The notes under the pieces were generated by a model. It was not told where the DNA came from, made no database searches, and was given only the letters and a program-made list of their open reading frames with translations. Position numbers and translations under genes: made by a program. Of a stretch of DNA of 64,000 nucleotides, positions 38,600 to 48,802 are shown piece after piece (the first letter of the stretch is position 1; the number at the start of each line of letters is the position of its first letter). The DNA is taken from assembly GCA_963753695.1 (NCBI GenBank), contig CAVWDG010000009.1, positions 73,975 through 137,974 on the forward strand, given 5' to 3'. Source of the stretch: an uncultured Actinomycetes bacterium (GTDB lineage Bacteria > Actinomycetota > Thermoleophilia > UBA2241).

Positions 38600-39493
38600 G
38601 TGGCGGCCACCAGCCCCGACCGCCAGATGGACGAGCTGCAAGCCGACGCCGCGGCGTCGGCCGAATCGCGCCGCCAGCGCCGCTACCTCGTCAAAACGCT
38701 GCTGCGCAGTCCCACGTTCGTCACCGGCTGCCTCATCGTGCTCTTCTGGATCGTCATGGGCGTCTTTTCGACCCTGTTCACGCAAGCTCCAGCCTTGCCC
38801 CACCCGTTCGCCATTCTGCAGTCGCCCAGCGGCTCGCACTGGTTCGGTACCGACGACCTCGGGCGCGACGTGTTCGCGCGCACCATGGCCGGCGCCCGCA
38901 CGGTGCTCATCATCGCGCCGCCCGCCACCATCCTCGCGCTCCTGTGGGGCGGCATGGTCGGCCTCATCGCCGGCTTTCATCGGGGCCTGCTCGACGACGT
39001 CATGATGCGCATCGTCGACGCCTTCCTGGCGCTGCCGATCATCATCACCTCGATCCTCGTCATCACGCTGCTCGGCAGGTCGTACGCCGTCCTCATCGTC
39101 GTCATCGGGGCGCTGTTCACGCCGGTGGTCTCGCGTACCATCCGCTCGGCGGTCATCGGCGAGCGCGAGCGCGAGTACGTCATGGCGGCGCGTCTGCGCG
39201 GCGAGCGCTCGGCGTTCATCATGGCGCGCGAGATCCTGCCCAACATCACGCAGCCGATCATCGTCGAGGGCACGGTGCGCCTGGGCTACGCCGTGTTCAC
39301 CGTCGCCACGCTGTCGTTCCTCGGCTTCGGGCTCGAGCCGCCTTCGCCCGACTGGGGCCTCACCGTCGCGGTCGAGCGGGCCAACCTGCAAGCTGCGCCG
39401 TGGACGGTGCTGTTCCCCGCCTTGGCCCTTGCGTCGCTGGTGGTGGGCGTCAACCTCGTGGCCGACGGCCTGAGCTCGGTGTTCTCCAAATGA
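38600..39493 (+). CDS. ABC permease (DppC-like)
   Basis: HWFGTDDLGRD, EYVMAARLRG, LSFLGFG..PPSPDWG. Confidence 0.92.
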   Translation: MAATSPDRQMDELQADAAASAESRRQRRYLVKTLLRSPTFVTGCLIVLFWIVMGVFSTLFTQAPALPHPFAILQSPSGSHWFGTDDLGRDVFARTMAGARTVLIIAPPATILALLWGGMVGLIAGFHRGLLDDVMMRIVDAFLALPIIITSILVITLLGRSYAVLIVVIGALFTPVVSRTIRSAVIGEREREYVMAARLRGERSAFIMAREILPNITQPIIVEGTVRLGYAVFTVATLSFLGFGLEPPSPDWGLTVAVERANLQAAPWTVLFPALALASLVVGVNLVADGLSSVFSK

Positions 39494-41682
39494 GCGTCGT
39501 GGACCGGCCCGTCGTCCCCGAGGGACCGACGCCGCCGGCGCTCGACGTCCACGACCTCGAGGTCACGTTCCATCGGCGCGGCCGCGACCTGCCGGTGCTG
39601 CGCGGCGTCACGCTGCACATCAAGCCGGGCGAGGCCTACGGTCTGGTCGGCGAGTCGGGCTGCGGCAAGACCACGCTGGCCATGGCGGCCCTGCGCTACC
39701 TGGCCGCCAACGGCACCGTCGACGCCGGCAAGGTGTCGGTCGAGGGCCGCGACGTGAGCACGCTCTCAGACGAGGCGCTGCGCAAATGGCGCGGCGAGGC
39801 CGTCTCCATGGTCTATCAAGACCCGGCCACGGCGCTCAGCCCCGCCATGCGCGTCGGCGACCAGGTCGCCGAGGTCTTCCGCTACCACGAGGGCCTGCCC
39901 AAAAAAGAAGCGTTGATCCGCGCCCGGGAGAGCCTGCGCAAAGTCGCGCTGCCCGACCCCGACGCCACCATGCGGCGCTACCCGTTCGAGCTCTCGGGCG
40001 GCCAGCAGCAGCGTGTCGTGATCGCCATGGCGCTGGCCGTGAACCCCCACCTGCTGGTGCTCGACGAGCCCACCACCGGGCTCGACGCCACGGTCGAGGC
40101 CGAGATCCTCGACCTGATCGAAGAGCTGCGCGGCCGTATTCACGCCGCCATCCTGCTGATCACCCACAACCTGGGCCTGGTGGCGCGCCTTTGCGAGCGC
40201 GTCGGCGTGCTCTACGCCGGGCGCCTGGTCGAAGAAGGGCCGGCGCACCAGATCTTCACCGACCCGCGCCACCCCTACACCATGGGGTTGCTGCGCTGCG
40301 TGCCGAAGTTCGGCATGAACAAGACCGACGCCGCGTTGCAGACCATCCCCGGCACGCTGCCGGCGCTGGGCGAGCCGCTCGACGGCTGCGTGTACTCGGC
40401 GCGCTGCCCGGTGGCCAAGCCGGTCTGCACCAGGCGCGAGCCTGACCTCTTCGCCTGGCCCAGCGATGCGCCGGCCGAGGGGCGCGCGTGGGCCGAGGCG
40501 CAGCCGCCCGACCCCGCCATGTTCTCGCCGCATCACTCCAACCCCGTGGGCGATGCCGCCCGCCATTCGCGCTGCTATTTCGCCGCTGATGTCCCCGACA
40601 TGCCGCACGGCACGCCCGTGCTGGCCACGAGCCTCGAAGTCCGGGTAGGCACGGTCGGCGACGTGCTCGACATCGAATCGATGCGGCGCAGCTTCAGAGA
40701 CGGCAGCAAGAGGCTGACGGCCGTGAGCGACGTCTCGCTTAGCCTGCGCCGCGGCGAGACCTTCGGCCTGGTCGGCGAGTCGGGCAGCGGCAAGACCACG
40801 CTGGCCAAGTGCATCACAGGCCTGATCGCCGCCGACTCCGGCACGGTCACCTTCGAGGGTAAGCAGCTGCGCTCCACCGCGGGCCGCCGCTCGCAAGAGG
40901 CGCTGCGCGCCATCCAGATGGTCTTCCAGAACCCCGACTCCACGCTCAACCCCGCCTGGAGCACGCGCGCCATCCTCACGCGCGCGGTGCGCAAGCTGGG
41001 CAGCGGCGGCGGGGTGCGCGCCAAGGTCGACAAGCTCTCCGCCGACGTGCGGGTCGAGCCGCGCTTTTTGGCGCAGAAGCCCACCGACCTGTCGGGCGGC
41101 CAGAAGCAGCGCATCGCCATCGCGCGCGCCTTCGCCGGCGACCCCACCCTCGTGGTGTGCGACGAGCCCGCGTCGGCGCTCGACGTCTCGGTGCAGGCGA
41201 GCATCCTCAACCTGCTCGTCGAGCTGCAGACCAAAGAGCAGGTCTCGTATGTCTTCATCTCGCACGACCTGGCGGTCGTGCGCTACATCTCCGACCGCAT
41301 CGGCGTTATGTACCTGGCCGAGCTGATCGAGGTGGGCTCGGCCGACGAGGTCTTCAACGCGCCGCACCACCCCTACACCGAGGCGCTGCTGTCGTCCATT
41401 CCCAAGCTCGAGTTCGGCGTGGAGCAGCAGCGCATACCGCTGCGCGGCTCCATGCCCAGCCTGAGCGAGCCGCCGACCGGCTGCCGCTTTCACACCCGCT
41501 GCCACAGGTTCCTCGGCGACATCTGCGTGCAACAGGAGCCGCCGCTGCAGGAGCCGGCCAGCGGCCACACCTACAAGTGCCACATCCCGCCCGACGAGCT
41601 CCTGGCCGCCCAGCTGATCACCGCGGGCGCTTCGGCGACGCCCGATCCTGCGGGCGAGCCCGGCGGGCCCAGCGACTCCTAG
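39490..41682 (+). CDS. Fused DppD/DppF ABC ATPase
   Basis: Two NBDs (GESGCGKT and GESGSGKT; LSGGQ twice) with C-terminal Cys motifs; ATGA overlap. Confidence 0.92.
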   Translation: MSVVDRPVVPEGPTPPALDVHDLEVTFHRRGRDLPVLRGVTLHIKPGEAYGLVGESGCGKTTLAMAALRYLAANGTVDAGKVSVEGRDVSTLSDEALRKWRGEAVSMVYQDPATALSPAMRVGDQVAEVFRYHEGLPKKEALIRARESLRKVALPDPDATMRRYPFELSGGQQQRVVIAMALAVNPHLLVLDEPTTGLDATVEAEILDLIEELRGRIHAAILLITHNLGLVARLCERVGVLYAGRLVEEGPAHQIFTDPRHPYTMGLLRCVPKFGMNKTDAALQTIPGTLPALGEPLDGCVYSARCPVAKPVCTRREPDLFAWPSDAPAEGRAWAEAQPPDPAMFSPHHSNPVGDAARHSRCYFAADVPDMPHGTPVLATSLEVRVGTVGDVLDIESMRRSFRDGSKRLTAVSDVSLSLRRGETFGLVGESGSGKTTLAKCITGLIAADSGTVTFEGKQLRSTAGRRSQEALRAIQMVFQNPDSTLNPAWSTRAILTRAVRKLGSGGGVRAKVDKLSADVRVEPRFLAQKPTDLSGGQKQRIAIARAFAGDPTLVVCDEPASALDVSVQASILNLLVELQTKEQVSYVFISHDLAVVRYISDRIGVMYLAELIEVGSADEVFNAPHHPYTEALLSSIPKLEFGVEQQRIPLRGSMPSLSEPPTGCRFHTRCHRFLGDICVQQEPPLQEPASGHTYKCHIPPDELLAAQLITAGASATPDPAGEPGGPSDS

Positions 41683-41785
41683 CGACTCCTGGCGCGCAGG
41701 CCGCCCAGCCAAGGGGCAACGGACTCAGGCGGCTCATCGCGCGCACGCTGTCCGGCTACGGGCGACGGACCCCAGCGAATGCCGG

Positions 41786-42832
41786 CTAGTCTCTCTCGAC
41801 TTCGCCGTGCGCGTCGACCAGCGCCGCCAGTTCCTCGATCACAGCAACGCCGTCGTCGACGACCACGGCGTCGGCATTGCGCGTGATCGTGGCGTGATCG
41901 TCTGAGTTGATCGCGGCGATGAAGGCGGCGCGCTCTATGCCCCAGTGCAGCGCCGGCGCGCCTGACGCCCCGACCACCAGGCAGACCGCCGGGGCGGTGC
42001 GCGTGCCAGAGACCCCGATGAGCCGCTCCATGGGCGCCCAGGCGTTCATGACAACCGGCCGGCTGACGCCGAAGTCGGCTCCCATGCGCTGCGCGGCGCG
42101 CGCGATGCGCCCAATGCCCTCAGGACCGGCGGCCCCGTAGCCCGCGACCACCACGAAGCGGCTGTCGGCCAGGCCGCCGGTCGGCGGCCTGGCCACGAGC
42201 TCGACATCGCTCCACGGCTCGGGTCCGGCGTCGCCGGGCGCGCCGGGCGCCGCGCTGTCGGACAGCAGTTCGTGGGCGATCGGGGCGACGGGGCGGGCGT
42301 CGTTCCACGAGGCGTCGATGACGGCGCACCACGGCCGGCGCGAGAGCTCGAAGCGGCCCACCATGTGGTTGGAGTAGACGTTGGCGCGCGCCTGCAGGCG
42401 CGGGCTTGCCGGCTGCGCGTCGTGCGCGCCGGCGAGCTCGGGATCGTGCGCCCCGGCAAGCTCGGCGTCGAGCACGCCGGTGAGCACGGCGCCGTCGCTG
42501 CGGCAGGCCAGGCGTGTGAACAGCTCGGCGCCCCAAGGTCCGGCGGGCGCCAGAAACAGGTCGACCTCGCCGCCGCGGGCCTCTGCCAGAAGGCTCTCGG
42601 CCATGAGGTCGGGGCGCCGCGGCGCCGCTCGCACGAGCCGCACGTCGCGCGTGGGCGCGAGGGCCACCAGCCCCTGCGCCTCGCGGTCGTCGGCCACGAA
42701 GATGACGGTCTCGCCGGTGAGGTCGTCCGTCGGGATGTCGGCCGTGAGACCGTCGGCCAGGAACGCGGCCAGCGCGCGCGCCTGGCGCGGCGCCGTGGCC
42801 GACGTGCCGTCGATGAGAGCGGCGAACCTCAC
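41786..42832 (-). CDS. etfA: ETF alpha subunit (FixB/YgcQ-like, divergent)
   Basis: VVVAGYG, GVSRPVVMNAW, IGVSG..TAP, IAAINSD. Confidence 0.8.
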   Translation of the reverse strand: MRFAALIDGTSATAPRQARALAAFLADGLTADIPTDDLTGETVIFVADDREAQGLVALAPTRDVRLVRAAPRRPDLMAESLLAEARGGEVDLFLAPAGPWGAELFTRLACRSDGAVLTGVLDAELAGAHDPELAGAHDAQPASPRLQARANVYSNHMVGRFELSRRPWCAVIDASWNDARPVAPIAHELLSDSAAPGAPGDAGPEPWSDVELVARPPTGGLADSRFVVVAGYGAAGPEGIGRIARAAQRMGADFGVSRPVVMNAWAPMERLIGVSGTRTAPAVCLVVGASGAPALHWGIERAAFIAAINSDDHATITRNADAVVVDDGVAVIEELAALVDAHGEVERD

Positions 42833-43749
42833 CGCGCCTCAAGCAGCGCGCGCAGGTGAGCGTCGTAGAGGAGTCGCGCCTTGTCGCGCGGCGTGGCGCC
42901 GTCGACGACGAGCCCGGGCCGGGCGCGATCGACCACTTCGAGACCCCGCAGAGTCGTCGGCTCGCGCTCGAGCGCGGCGGCCACGTCGACCCCCAGCTCG
43001 CCCGCGGCGACGATCGCCACCGGCTTGTCGCGTTGTGCGAGGCGGTCGCGCAGGGTCGGCACGCGCAGGTGCGACACCACCGCGTTGCCGACGGCCAGCA
43101 CGACGGGGCCACGCACAGTGAGGCGTACGAGCCCCTCGTCGGTCGTGCAGGCCACCCGCAGGCCGCCACCGGCCAGCGGCTCGACCTCGGTGACCTGGCT
43201 CAGACAGGGCCAGCCGAGCGCTTCGGCCACCCGGAACGGCACCGTGCCGCCGTCGCCCGGCCCGCTGCGGCAGCCGAGCAGCAGAAGGTCGCAGGGCTCG
43301 CGCCGCGCGACGTAGCGCGCGATGAGCGGCGCCACCACGGACGGGGCGAAGTCGAGGTCGGACTCGACGTCGAGCCGGGCCGCGCGTTCGTAGCCCAGCG
43401 CGAGCAGCGTGGTGAGGTGGGGGTCGCACTCGCGGCCGCCGATCGACAGCGCCGCCAGGCTTGCGCCGCCGCCGCGCTGCGCGACCGAGTCGGACAGGCG
43501 CAGCGCCAGCTCGAGGGCGCTCTCGTCGAAGCAGTTGAGCACGCGGCGCACGTAACGCGTCGCTACGCGCGGCGCGATGGCCGCGGCCCCGGCGCCGGCG
43601 GCCGCAACGCCCGGCCCCACGGCCTGCGCGGCCCCGGCGGCCCAGTCGGCCGCGCGCAGCGCCTCGAAGTCGGGGGTCACCTTGAACGACACGAGCACGC
43701 GCAAGGGGCTCGGTGAGCCCGGAGCGCGCGTGTCGCCCGTGCCGCTCAC
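42829..43749 (-). CDS. etfB: ETF beta subunit (FixA/YgcR-like)
   Basis: VSFKVTPD, LNCFDESALELALRL, LLGCRSGPGDGGTVP..AEALGW; GTG overlaps the upstream TGA. Confidence 0.82.
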   Translation of the reverse strand: MSGTGDTRAPGSPSPLRVLVSFKVTPDFEALRAADWAAGAAQAVGPGVAAAGAGAAAIAPRVATRYVRRVLNCFDESALELALRLSDSVAQRGGGASLAALSIGGRECDPHLTTLLALGYERAARLDVESDLDFAPSVVAPLIARYVARREPCDLLLLGCRSGPGDGGTVPFRVAEALGWPCLSQVTEVEPLAGGGLRVACTTDEGLVRLTVRGPVVLAVGNAVVSHLRVPTLRDRLAQRDKPVAIVAAGELGVDVAAALEREPTTLRGLEVVDRARPGLVVDGATPRDKARLLYDAHLRALLEAR

Positions 43750-45188
43750 AGCGGAAAGATCGTCCCCACGTTCATGATGCCGGCGGGGTCGAAGGCCGTC
43801 TTGAGCGTCTCGAGGATGTAGTAGGAGGAGCCGTACTCCTGCTTCACCCACGGCGCCCGCGCCTTGCCCATGCCGTGGTGGTGCACGATCGAGCCGCCGC
43901 GCTTGAGGGTCTCCTCGCAGATGATGGCGATGATGGGCAGGTAGTACTTGTCGGTCTCGTGCTCGGGGCCCACGCCGACCACGTTGAAGAAGTAGTTGAA
44001 GTACATGTTGGTGCCGTTGATGTAGCTGTGCGACGAGTGACCGCCCATCATGGTGATGTCGGGGATCTCGGCGATGATGCGCGCCCGCGCCGCCTGGTAG
44101 ATGTCGTTGATCGAGCCCCAGTCGGCGGAGATCTCGGTGGTGCGGTTCACGTTGTGGGTCTGGCGGATGCGGTCGTCTTCGGCGGTGATCTTGCTCGCAT
44201 CCCAGCAGAGGTCGTTGAACCAGGTCTCGATGTAGGCGCTGTCGACCGGCGTGCACTCCGGGTGGCGTGCGACGATCTCGGCGATGCCCTCGGCCGTCGC
44301 CTCGGCGATCCCGGCGGGGCCCTCGGCCATGAAGAGCAGCACGCAGTCGTCGGGGGCGGCGAAGTGCGAGAAGTGGATGCCGGCGTCGCCCGGGTCGTAG
44401 ACCCGCGCCACCGACGGTTTGTAGCCGTTCACCATGACGTCGCGTAGCGCCTCGAAGCCGACCTTCATGTCCTTGAGCGTCCAGCCGAGGAACGTGTTGT
44501 TGGCGGGGAAGTACGGGAAGAGCTTCACCGTGACCTCGGTGATGAAGCACAGGGCGCCCTCGTTGCCGATGACGACGTGGCGGATGTCGGGCCCAGCGGC
44601 GCGGCGCGGCACGTTCTTGATGCGCGTCACGGCGCCGTTGGGGAAGACCGCCTCGAGGCCGACGACCATGTCTTCGATGCCGCCGTACAGCGTGGAGAAC
44701 TGCCCGATGCTGCGTGTCGCCACGAGCCCGCCCATGTGGGCCACCGGCTTTGACTGCGGGGAGTGGCCCGTGGTGAGCCCCAGCTCGCGCGCGCGGTCTT
44801 CGAGCGCCTGCAGCGGCACGCCGCACTGACAGGTGGCCTGCATGTTGTAGGCGTCGATACTGACGATCTCGTTCATGGCGGAGCCGTCGATGATGATCGA
44901 GTCGGGTACGGCGCTCTCGAGGCCGCCCTCGGTAGCCGTGCCGCCGGTGCGCGGTATGACGTTGATGCCGTGCTCGCCGGCAAAGCGCAGGACCGCGGCG
45001 ACCTGTTCGGCGCTGCGCACCATGGCGATCGCGGCCGGCACCGGCATCGTGTGCACGTCGAAGATGTTCTGCAGCTTGCGGAAGTTGTCGACGCTGCTCT
45101 GCACGAGGATCTTCTCGTCGGTCACGACGTCGGCGGGCGCGACGACGCGCCGCAGGCCCTCGGCGATGCCCTCTCTGCTCAGGTCCAT
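43746..45188 (-). CDS. FAD-linked oxidase/alkyl-DHAP-synthase-like (YgcU-like)
   Basis: PRTGGTATEGGLE, GHSPQSKP, TRSIGQFSTLYG, HSSHSY, HHHGMGK. Resembles E. coli YgcU (recalled, not searched). Confidence 0.88.
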   Translation of the reverse strand: MDLSREGIAEGLRRVVAPADVVTDEKILVQSSVDNFRKLQNIFDVHTMPVPAAIAMVRSAEQVAAVLRFAGEHGINVIPRTGGTATEGGLESAVPDSIIIDGSAMNEIVSIDAYNMQATCQCGVPLQALEDRARELGLTTGHSPQSKPVAHMGGLVATRSIGQFSTLYGGIEDMVVGLEAVFPNGAVTRIKNVPRRAAGPDIRHVVIGNEGALCFITEVTVKLFPYFPANNTFLGWTLKDMKVGFEALRDVMVNGYKPSVARVYDPGDAGIHFSHFAAPDDCVLLFMAEGPAGIAEATAEGIAEIVARHPECTPVDSAYIETWFNDLCWDASKITAEDDRIRQTHNVNRTTEISADWGSINDIYQAARARIIAEIPDITMMGGHSSHSYINGTNMYFNYFFNVVGVGPEHETDKYYLPIIAIICEETLKRGGSIVHHHGMGKARAPWVKQEYGSSYYILETLKTAFDPAGIMNVGTIFPL

Positions 45189-45257
45189 GGTGGCGATCCT
45201 TTTTCTACTCGCTTGGTGTGTCGGACTGTACGGCCGGGCCGGTCTCTGATGCCCTGG

Positions 45258-46694
45258 TCAGTGGAAGATCGGGTAGGAACGCTCGAGGATGCCGTCGGTG
45301 GCCGTGCCGATGCTCTGGTAGACGGTGCGGTTCATCTGGTGGTAGACGTCGGCGTTGGCCGGGTGCGACGCGAACGACTCGCGCGCTTTGGTCATGCGGG
45401 CCACGGCCGTGTCGAAGTCGGGGTAGACGCCCGTGGCGACCGCCGCGCAGATGGCGGCGCCCAGGCTCGCCCCGCCGCTTGCCACACAGCGCGACGAGGG
45501 GATGCCGAAGACGTCGGCGAAGATGCTCATGAACAGGTCGCTGGCGGCGCCGCCGCCCGAGACGGCGATCGCCTCGAGCGTGATGCCGAGCTCGTCGCAC
45601 ATGGCGTCGACCTTGTTCTTCATGGTGAGGGCGATGGCTTCGAGGATCGAGCGGTAGACGTGCGCCCTGGTGTGGCGCGCGTCGAAGCCGATCATGACGC
45701 CCTTGCGGAAGGGCTTGTCGTCGGGCGCCAGCCAGTCGAGCACGGTCATGAGGCCGTCGCTGCCCGGCGCCACAAGCTGCGCCTCGCGTTCGAGGTAGAG
45801 CTCGCGCGAGATGCCGGAGGTGGCGGCGGCCTGGGCGAACTCCTCACCCAAAAGGTCGAGGAACCAGGTGATCGTCCACATGCCGCGGCGTATGCCGTGG
45901 CTTTCGTAGAGGTACTTGTGCGGCGCGCAGGCGAAGTTCGTCCAGAACTCGGTGGGCGTCTTTCTGTTCTCGTGGCCGTGCACCATGGAGGCGATGTAGG
46001 TGCCCAGCGAGACCAGCGCGGTCTTCTCGTCGATCGCGCCCGAGCCCAGCGCCTCGGTCGCCTTGTCGTTGGCCGTGGTGACCACCGGGAGTCCGACGGG
46101 GATGTCGGTCACCGCCGCGGCGGCGGCGGTGACGTAGCCGGCGACATCGCCCGGCATCTGCAGTTCGAACAGCATCTCGCGAGGTATGCTCCAGCGCTCG
46201 AAGGCCGCCTGGTCGTCGCTCCACTGCCACGTGTCGGTGTCGATCGGCCACTGACCCTCGATGTTGTTGGCCGCGCTGTCGTTGAAGCGCCCCGTGAAGC
46301 GGTGCGTGATGTAGCCCGACGAGGTGGTCACGTAGGCGGTCTCGGGGTTGTCGTGCGAGTAGGGGCGGTAGGCGCGCGTGTCCATCCAGCTCATCACGGG
46401 CGACGACAGCGTGCCGTCGCGCTTGAGGAAGGCGCGTTCGCAGCGGATGGTGCACAGGCCGAGCCCGATGATGTCGGCGGGGTCGCCGGTGAAGGCCGCC
46501 ATGGCGTGCCGGCTGGCCGCGGTGATCGTGTCCCAGAGGTCGTCGTCGGGGTGCTCCACGACGCCGTTACGCGGGCGGCTCATGGCTCGCAGGACCTGCC
46601 GGCCCTGACAGACGACGTTGCCCTCGAGGTCGAAGACGACCACCTTGGCGCTCTGCGAGCCGGCGTCGATTCCGATGATGTACTTGCCCGACAT
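45258..46694 (-). CDS. FGGY sugar kinase (YgcE-like)
   Basis: YIIGIDAGSQS, EHPDDDLW, SLGTYIA, YGIRRGMWT-like segment, GLMTVLDWL. Confidence 0.88.
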   Translation of the reverse strand: MSGKYIIGIDAGSQSAKVVVFDLEGNVVCQGRQVLRAMSRPRNGVVEHPDDDLWDTITAASRHAMAAFTGDPADIIGLGLCTIRCERAFLKRDGTLSSPVMSWMDTRAYRPYSHDNPETAYVTTSSGYITHRFTGRFNDSAANNIEGQWPIDTDTWQWSDDQAAFERWSIPREMLFELQMPGDVAGYVTAAAAAVTDIPVGLPVVTTANDKATEALGSGAIDEKTALVSLGTYIASMVHGHENRKTPTEFWTNFACAPHKYLYESHGIRRGMWTITWFLDLLGEEFAQAAATSGISRELYLEREAQLVAPGSDGLMTVLDWLAPDDKPFRKGVMIGFDARHTRAHVYRSILEAIALTMKNKVDAMCDELGITLEAIAVSGGGAASDLFMSIFADVFGIPSSRCVASGGASLGAAICAAVATGVYPDFDTAVARMTKARESFASHPANADVYHQMNRTVYQSIGTATDGILERSYPIFH

Positions 46695-46774
46695 CGTTGA
46701 TCTCTGCTCCCTGGTCATGAGTTGCTTGCGAGCCGGCCGACGGGCCTTGAGCGCGAGTCTGGCGCCGCGTCAGA

Positions 46775-47551
46775 CTAGCGGACCAGATAGCCACCATCCA
46801 CCAGCACGACGTGGCCGTTGACGTAGTCGGAGGCCCTGCTGGCGAGAAAGACGACGGCGCCCATGAGGTCGGCCGGGTCGCCCCAGCGGCCGGTGGGAAT
46901 GTGGTCGAGCACACGCTTGTTGGTCCCGGGGTTGCTGCGCGTCTGCGTGGTGATCTCGGTGGCGTAGTAGCCCGGCGCGATGCCGTTGACCTGGATGTTG
47001 TGCTGGGCGAGTTCGTCGCAGTAGGCCTTGGTGAGCCCGGCGATGCCGTGCTTGCTGGCGGCGTAGGCCGACGACCACTGTCCGCCCAGGTAGGTGAAGA
47101 CGGAGCAGATGTTGATGATCTTGCCGCTGCGCTGCGGGACCATGAGCTTGGCGGCCTCGTGGCTCATCTCGAAGGCGGCCGTCAGGTTGACCGCGATGGT
47201 GGCGTCCCACTGCGGCCGCCCGAAGTCGAAGACGTCGGCGAGCGGGCACACGCCCGCGCTGTTCACGAGGATGTCGAGCGAGCCGAAGCGCTCGACGCAG
47301 GCCGCGACGATCTGCTTGGGCACGCCGGGCGCCGTGATGTCGGCCTTCATGAACTCGTAGCGGCCGCCCGCGGCCGCGATCAGCGGACCGGTCGTGCCGT
47401 CGTCGTCGACGATGCTCGGCACGAGCACGTTGGCGCCGCCCTTGGCGAGCGCCAGGGCGAAGGCTTGGCCGAGACCGGTGTTGCCGCCGGTCACGACGGC
47501 GTTCTTGCCGTTCAGCGAGAAGAACTCCATCGTGAAATCGCTGATCTCCAT
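46775..47551 (-). CDS. SDR oxidoreductase (YgcW/KduD-like)
   Basis: TGGNTGLG, NSAG, YAASK catalytic motif, VDGGYLVR. Confidence 0.92.
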   Translation of the reverse strand: MEISDFTMEFFSLNGKNAVVTGGNTGLGQAFALALAKGGANVLVPSIVDDDGTTGPLIAAAGGRYEFMKADITAPGVPKQIVAACVERFGSLDILVNSAGVCPLADVFDFGRPQWDATIAVNLTAAFEMSHEAAKLMVPQRSGKIINICSVFTYLGGQWSSAYAASKHGIAGLTKAYCDELAQHNIQVNGIAPGYYATEITTQTRSNPGTNKRVLDHIPTGRWGDPADLMGAVVFLASRASDYVNGHVVLVDGGYLVR

Positions 47552-47774
47552 GGCGGCTGTCTCCTTTACCGGCGCTAGCGGTGTCGGGCTTGTCTGCTGG
47601 GGCGTTCATGCGCTCGCGGCCGCGTGCCGCGAGAACCTGAGTATTCGGCGGAAAGTTCGTCGAGTCAAGCCGTCAAAAGAACCTTCTGCCGTTGTGGATG
47701 GCGACGACGGCATTGTGCGCGTACCGACCGTCGTGCGGCAGCGGCGCGCCGCTGCTTTCGGGGGGCTTCGGCTC

Positions 47775-47805
47775 GAGCGCTTGCTCGGCTCCCGCTCAAG
47801 CGCTC
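47775..47805 (-). terminator. Hairpin at 3' end of the dehydrogenase gene
   Basis: GAGCGCTTG...CAAGCGCTC 9 bp stem. Confidence 0.45.
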
Positions 47806-48718
47806 ACTCGGGCTCCAGCTCGGCCGGGAACCCGGGCGCGCGCAGGTCGGTGCCCACGGCGTCCTCGAGCATCTTGACGACCATGGGCGACTGCGCGTCG
47901 CCGCCGTACAGGGCGCGGGCCCGGGCGAAGATCTGCTCGGTGAGGCCGGCGAGCTCGAGCGGCACGCCGAACTCGCGCCCCATCTGGTGAGCGAAGTAGA
48001 GGTCCTTGCGCGCCAGGTCCATGGTGAAGTTGATGTTGTAGCTGCCGTTCAGGATGAGCTGGCCCTCGGTCTCGTGCACGAAGCTGTTGCCCGAGCTCGC
48101 CTTGATCACGTCCCACGCCGTCTTTAGGTCGACACCGCTGCGCTTGGCCAGCATGAGCGCCTCGCCGTCGGCCACGAGGTGGATGAAGGCGAGCATGTTG
48201 GTGATCACCTTGATGGCCGACGCGCGGCCCAGCTCGCCGATGTAGAAGACGCGGTCGCCCATCGCCTGCAGGACCGGCAGGTGGCGCTCGTAGACGGCTT
48301 GCTCGCCGCCGACCAGCACGGTGATCATGCCGGCCGCGGCGCGGTGCACGCCGCCGGTCACCGGCGACTCGAGCACAGAGACGCCCTGCTCGGCCGCCAG
48401 GGCCGCGAGGCGCTGCAGCTCGTGGGGGTCGTTGGTGCTCATGTCGACCCAACTGCCGCCCGAGGCCAGGCCTTCGAGGATGCCCCGCGGGCCGGCCGTC
48501 ACCGCGGTCACGGCTTCGGGCGAGGGCAGGCAGGTGATGACCGTGTCGGAGAGGCGCGCCACGGCGGCCGGCGAGTCGGCCCAGGCGGCGCCCGCCTCGA
48601 GCAGCTCGTGCGCGGCCTTGGGGTCGATGTCGTGGACGGTCACCGTAAAGCCGGCGCGCAGCAGGCTGCCGGCCAGGTGGCGGCCCAGACTGCCCAGACC
48701 GATGTAGCCGATCTTCAT
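47804..48718 (-). CDS. NAD(P)-dependent dehydrogenase, 3-hydroxyisobutyrate DH family
   Basis: IGYIGLGSLG, ESPVTGG, catalytic Lys in AIKVITN. Confidence 0.9.
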   Translation of the reverse strand: MKIGYIGLGSLGRHLAGSLLRAGFTVTVHDIDPKAAHELLEAGAAWADSPAAVARLSDTVITCLPSPEAVTAVTAGPRGILEGLASGGSWVDMSTNDPHELQRLAALAAEQGVSVLESPVTGGVHRAAAGMITVLVGGEQAVYERHLPVLQAMGDRVFYIGELGRASAIKVITNMLAFIHLVADGEALMLAKRSGVDLKTAWDVIKASSGNSFVHETEGQLILNGSYNINFTMDLARKDLYFAHQMGREFGVPLELAGLTEQIFARARALYGGDAQSPMVVKMLEDAVGTDLRAPGFPAELEPE

Positions 48719-48802
48719 GTACGTCGCCTCCGTTGCTCGTGGGTGAAAGGTCGCGGCGCGCTCGCCGCTCTGCTCGTGGCGCTCGCTCGCCGCTCTATCG
48801 CT

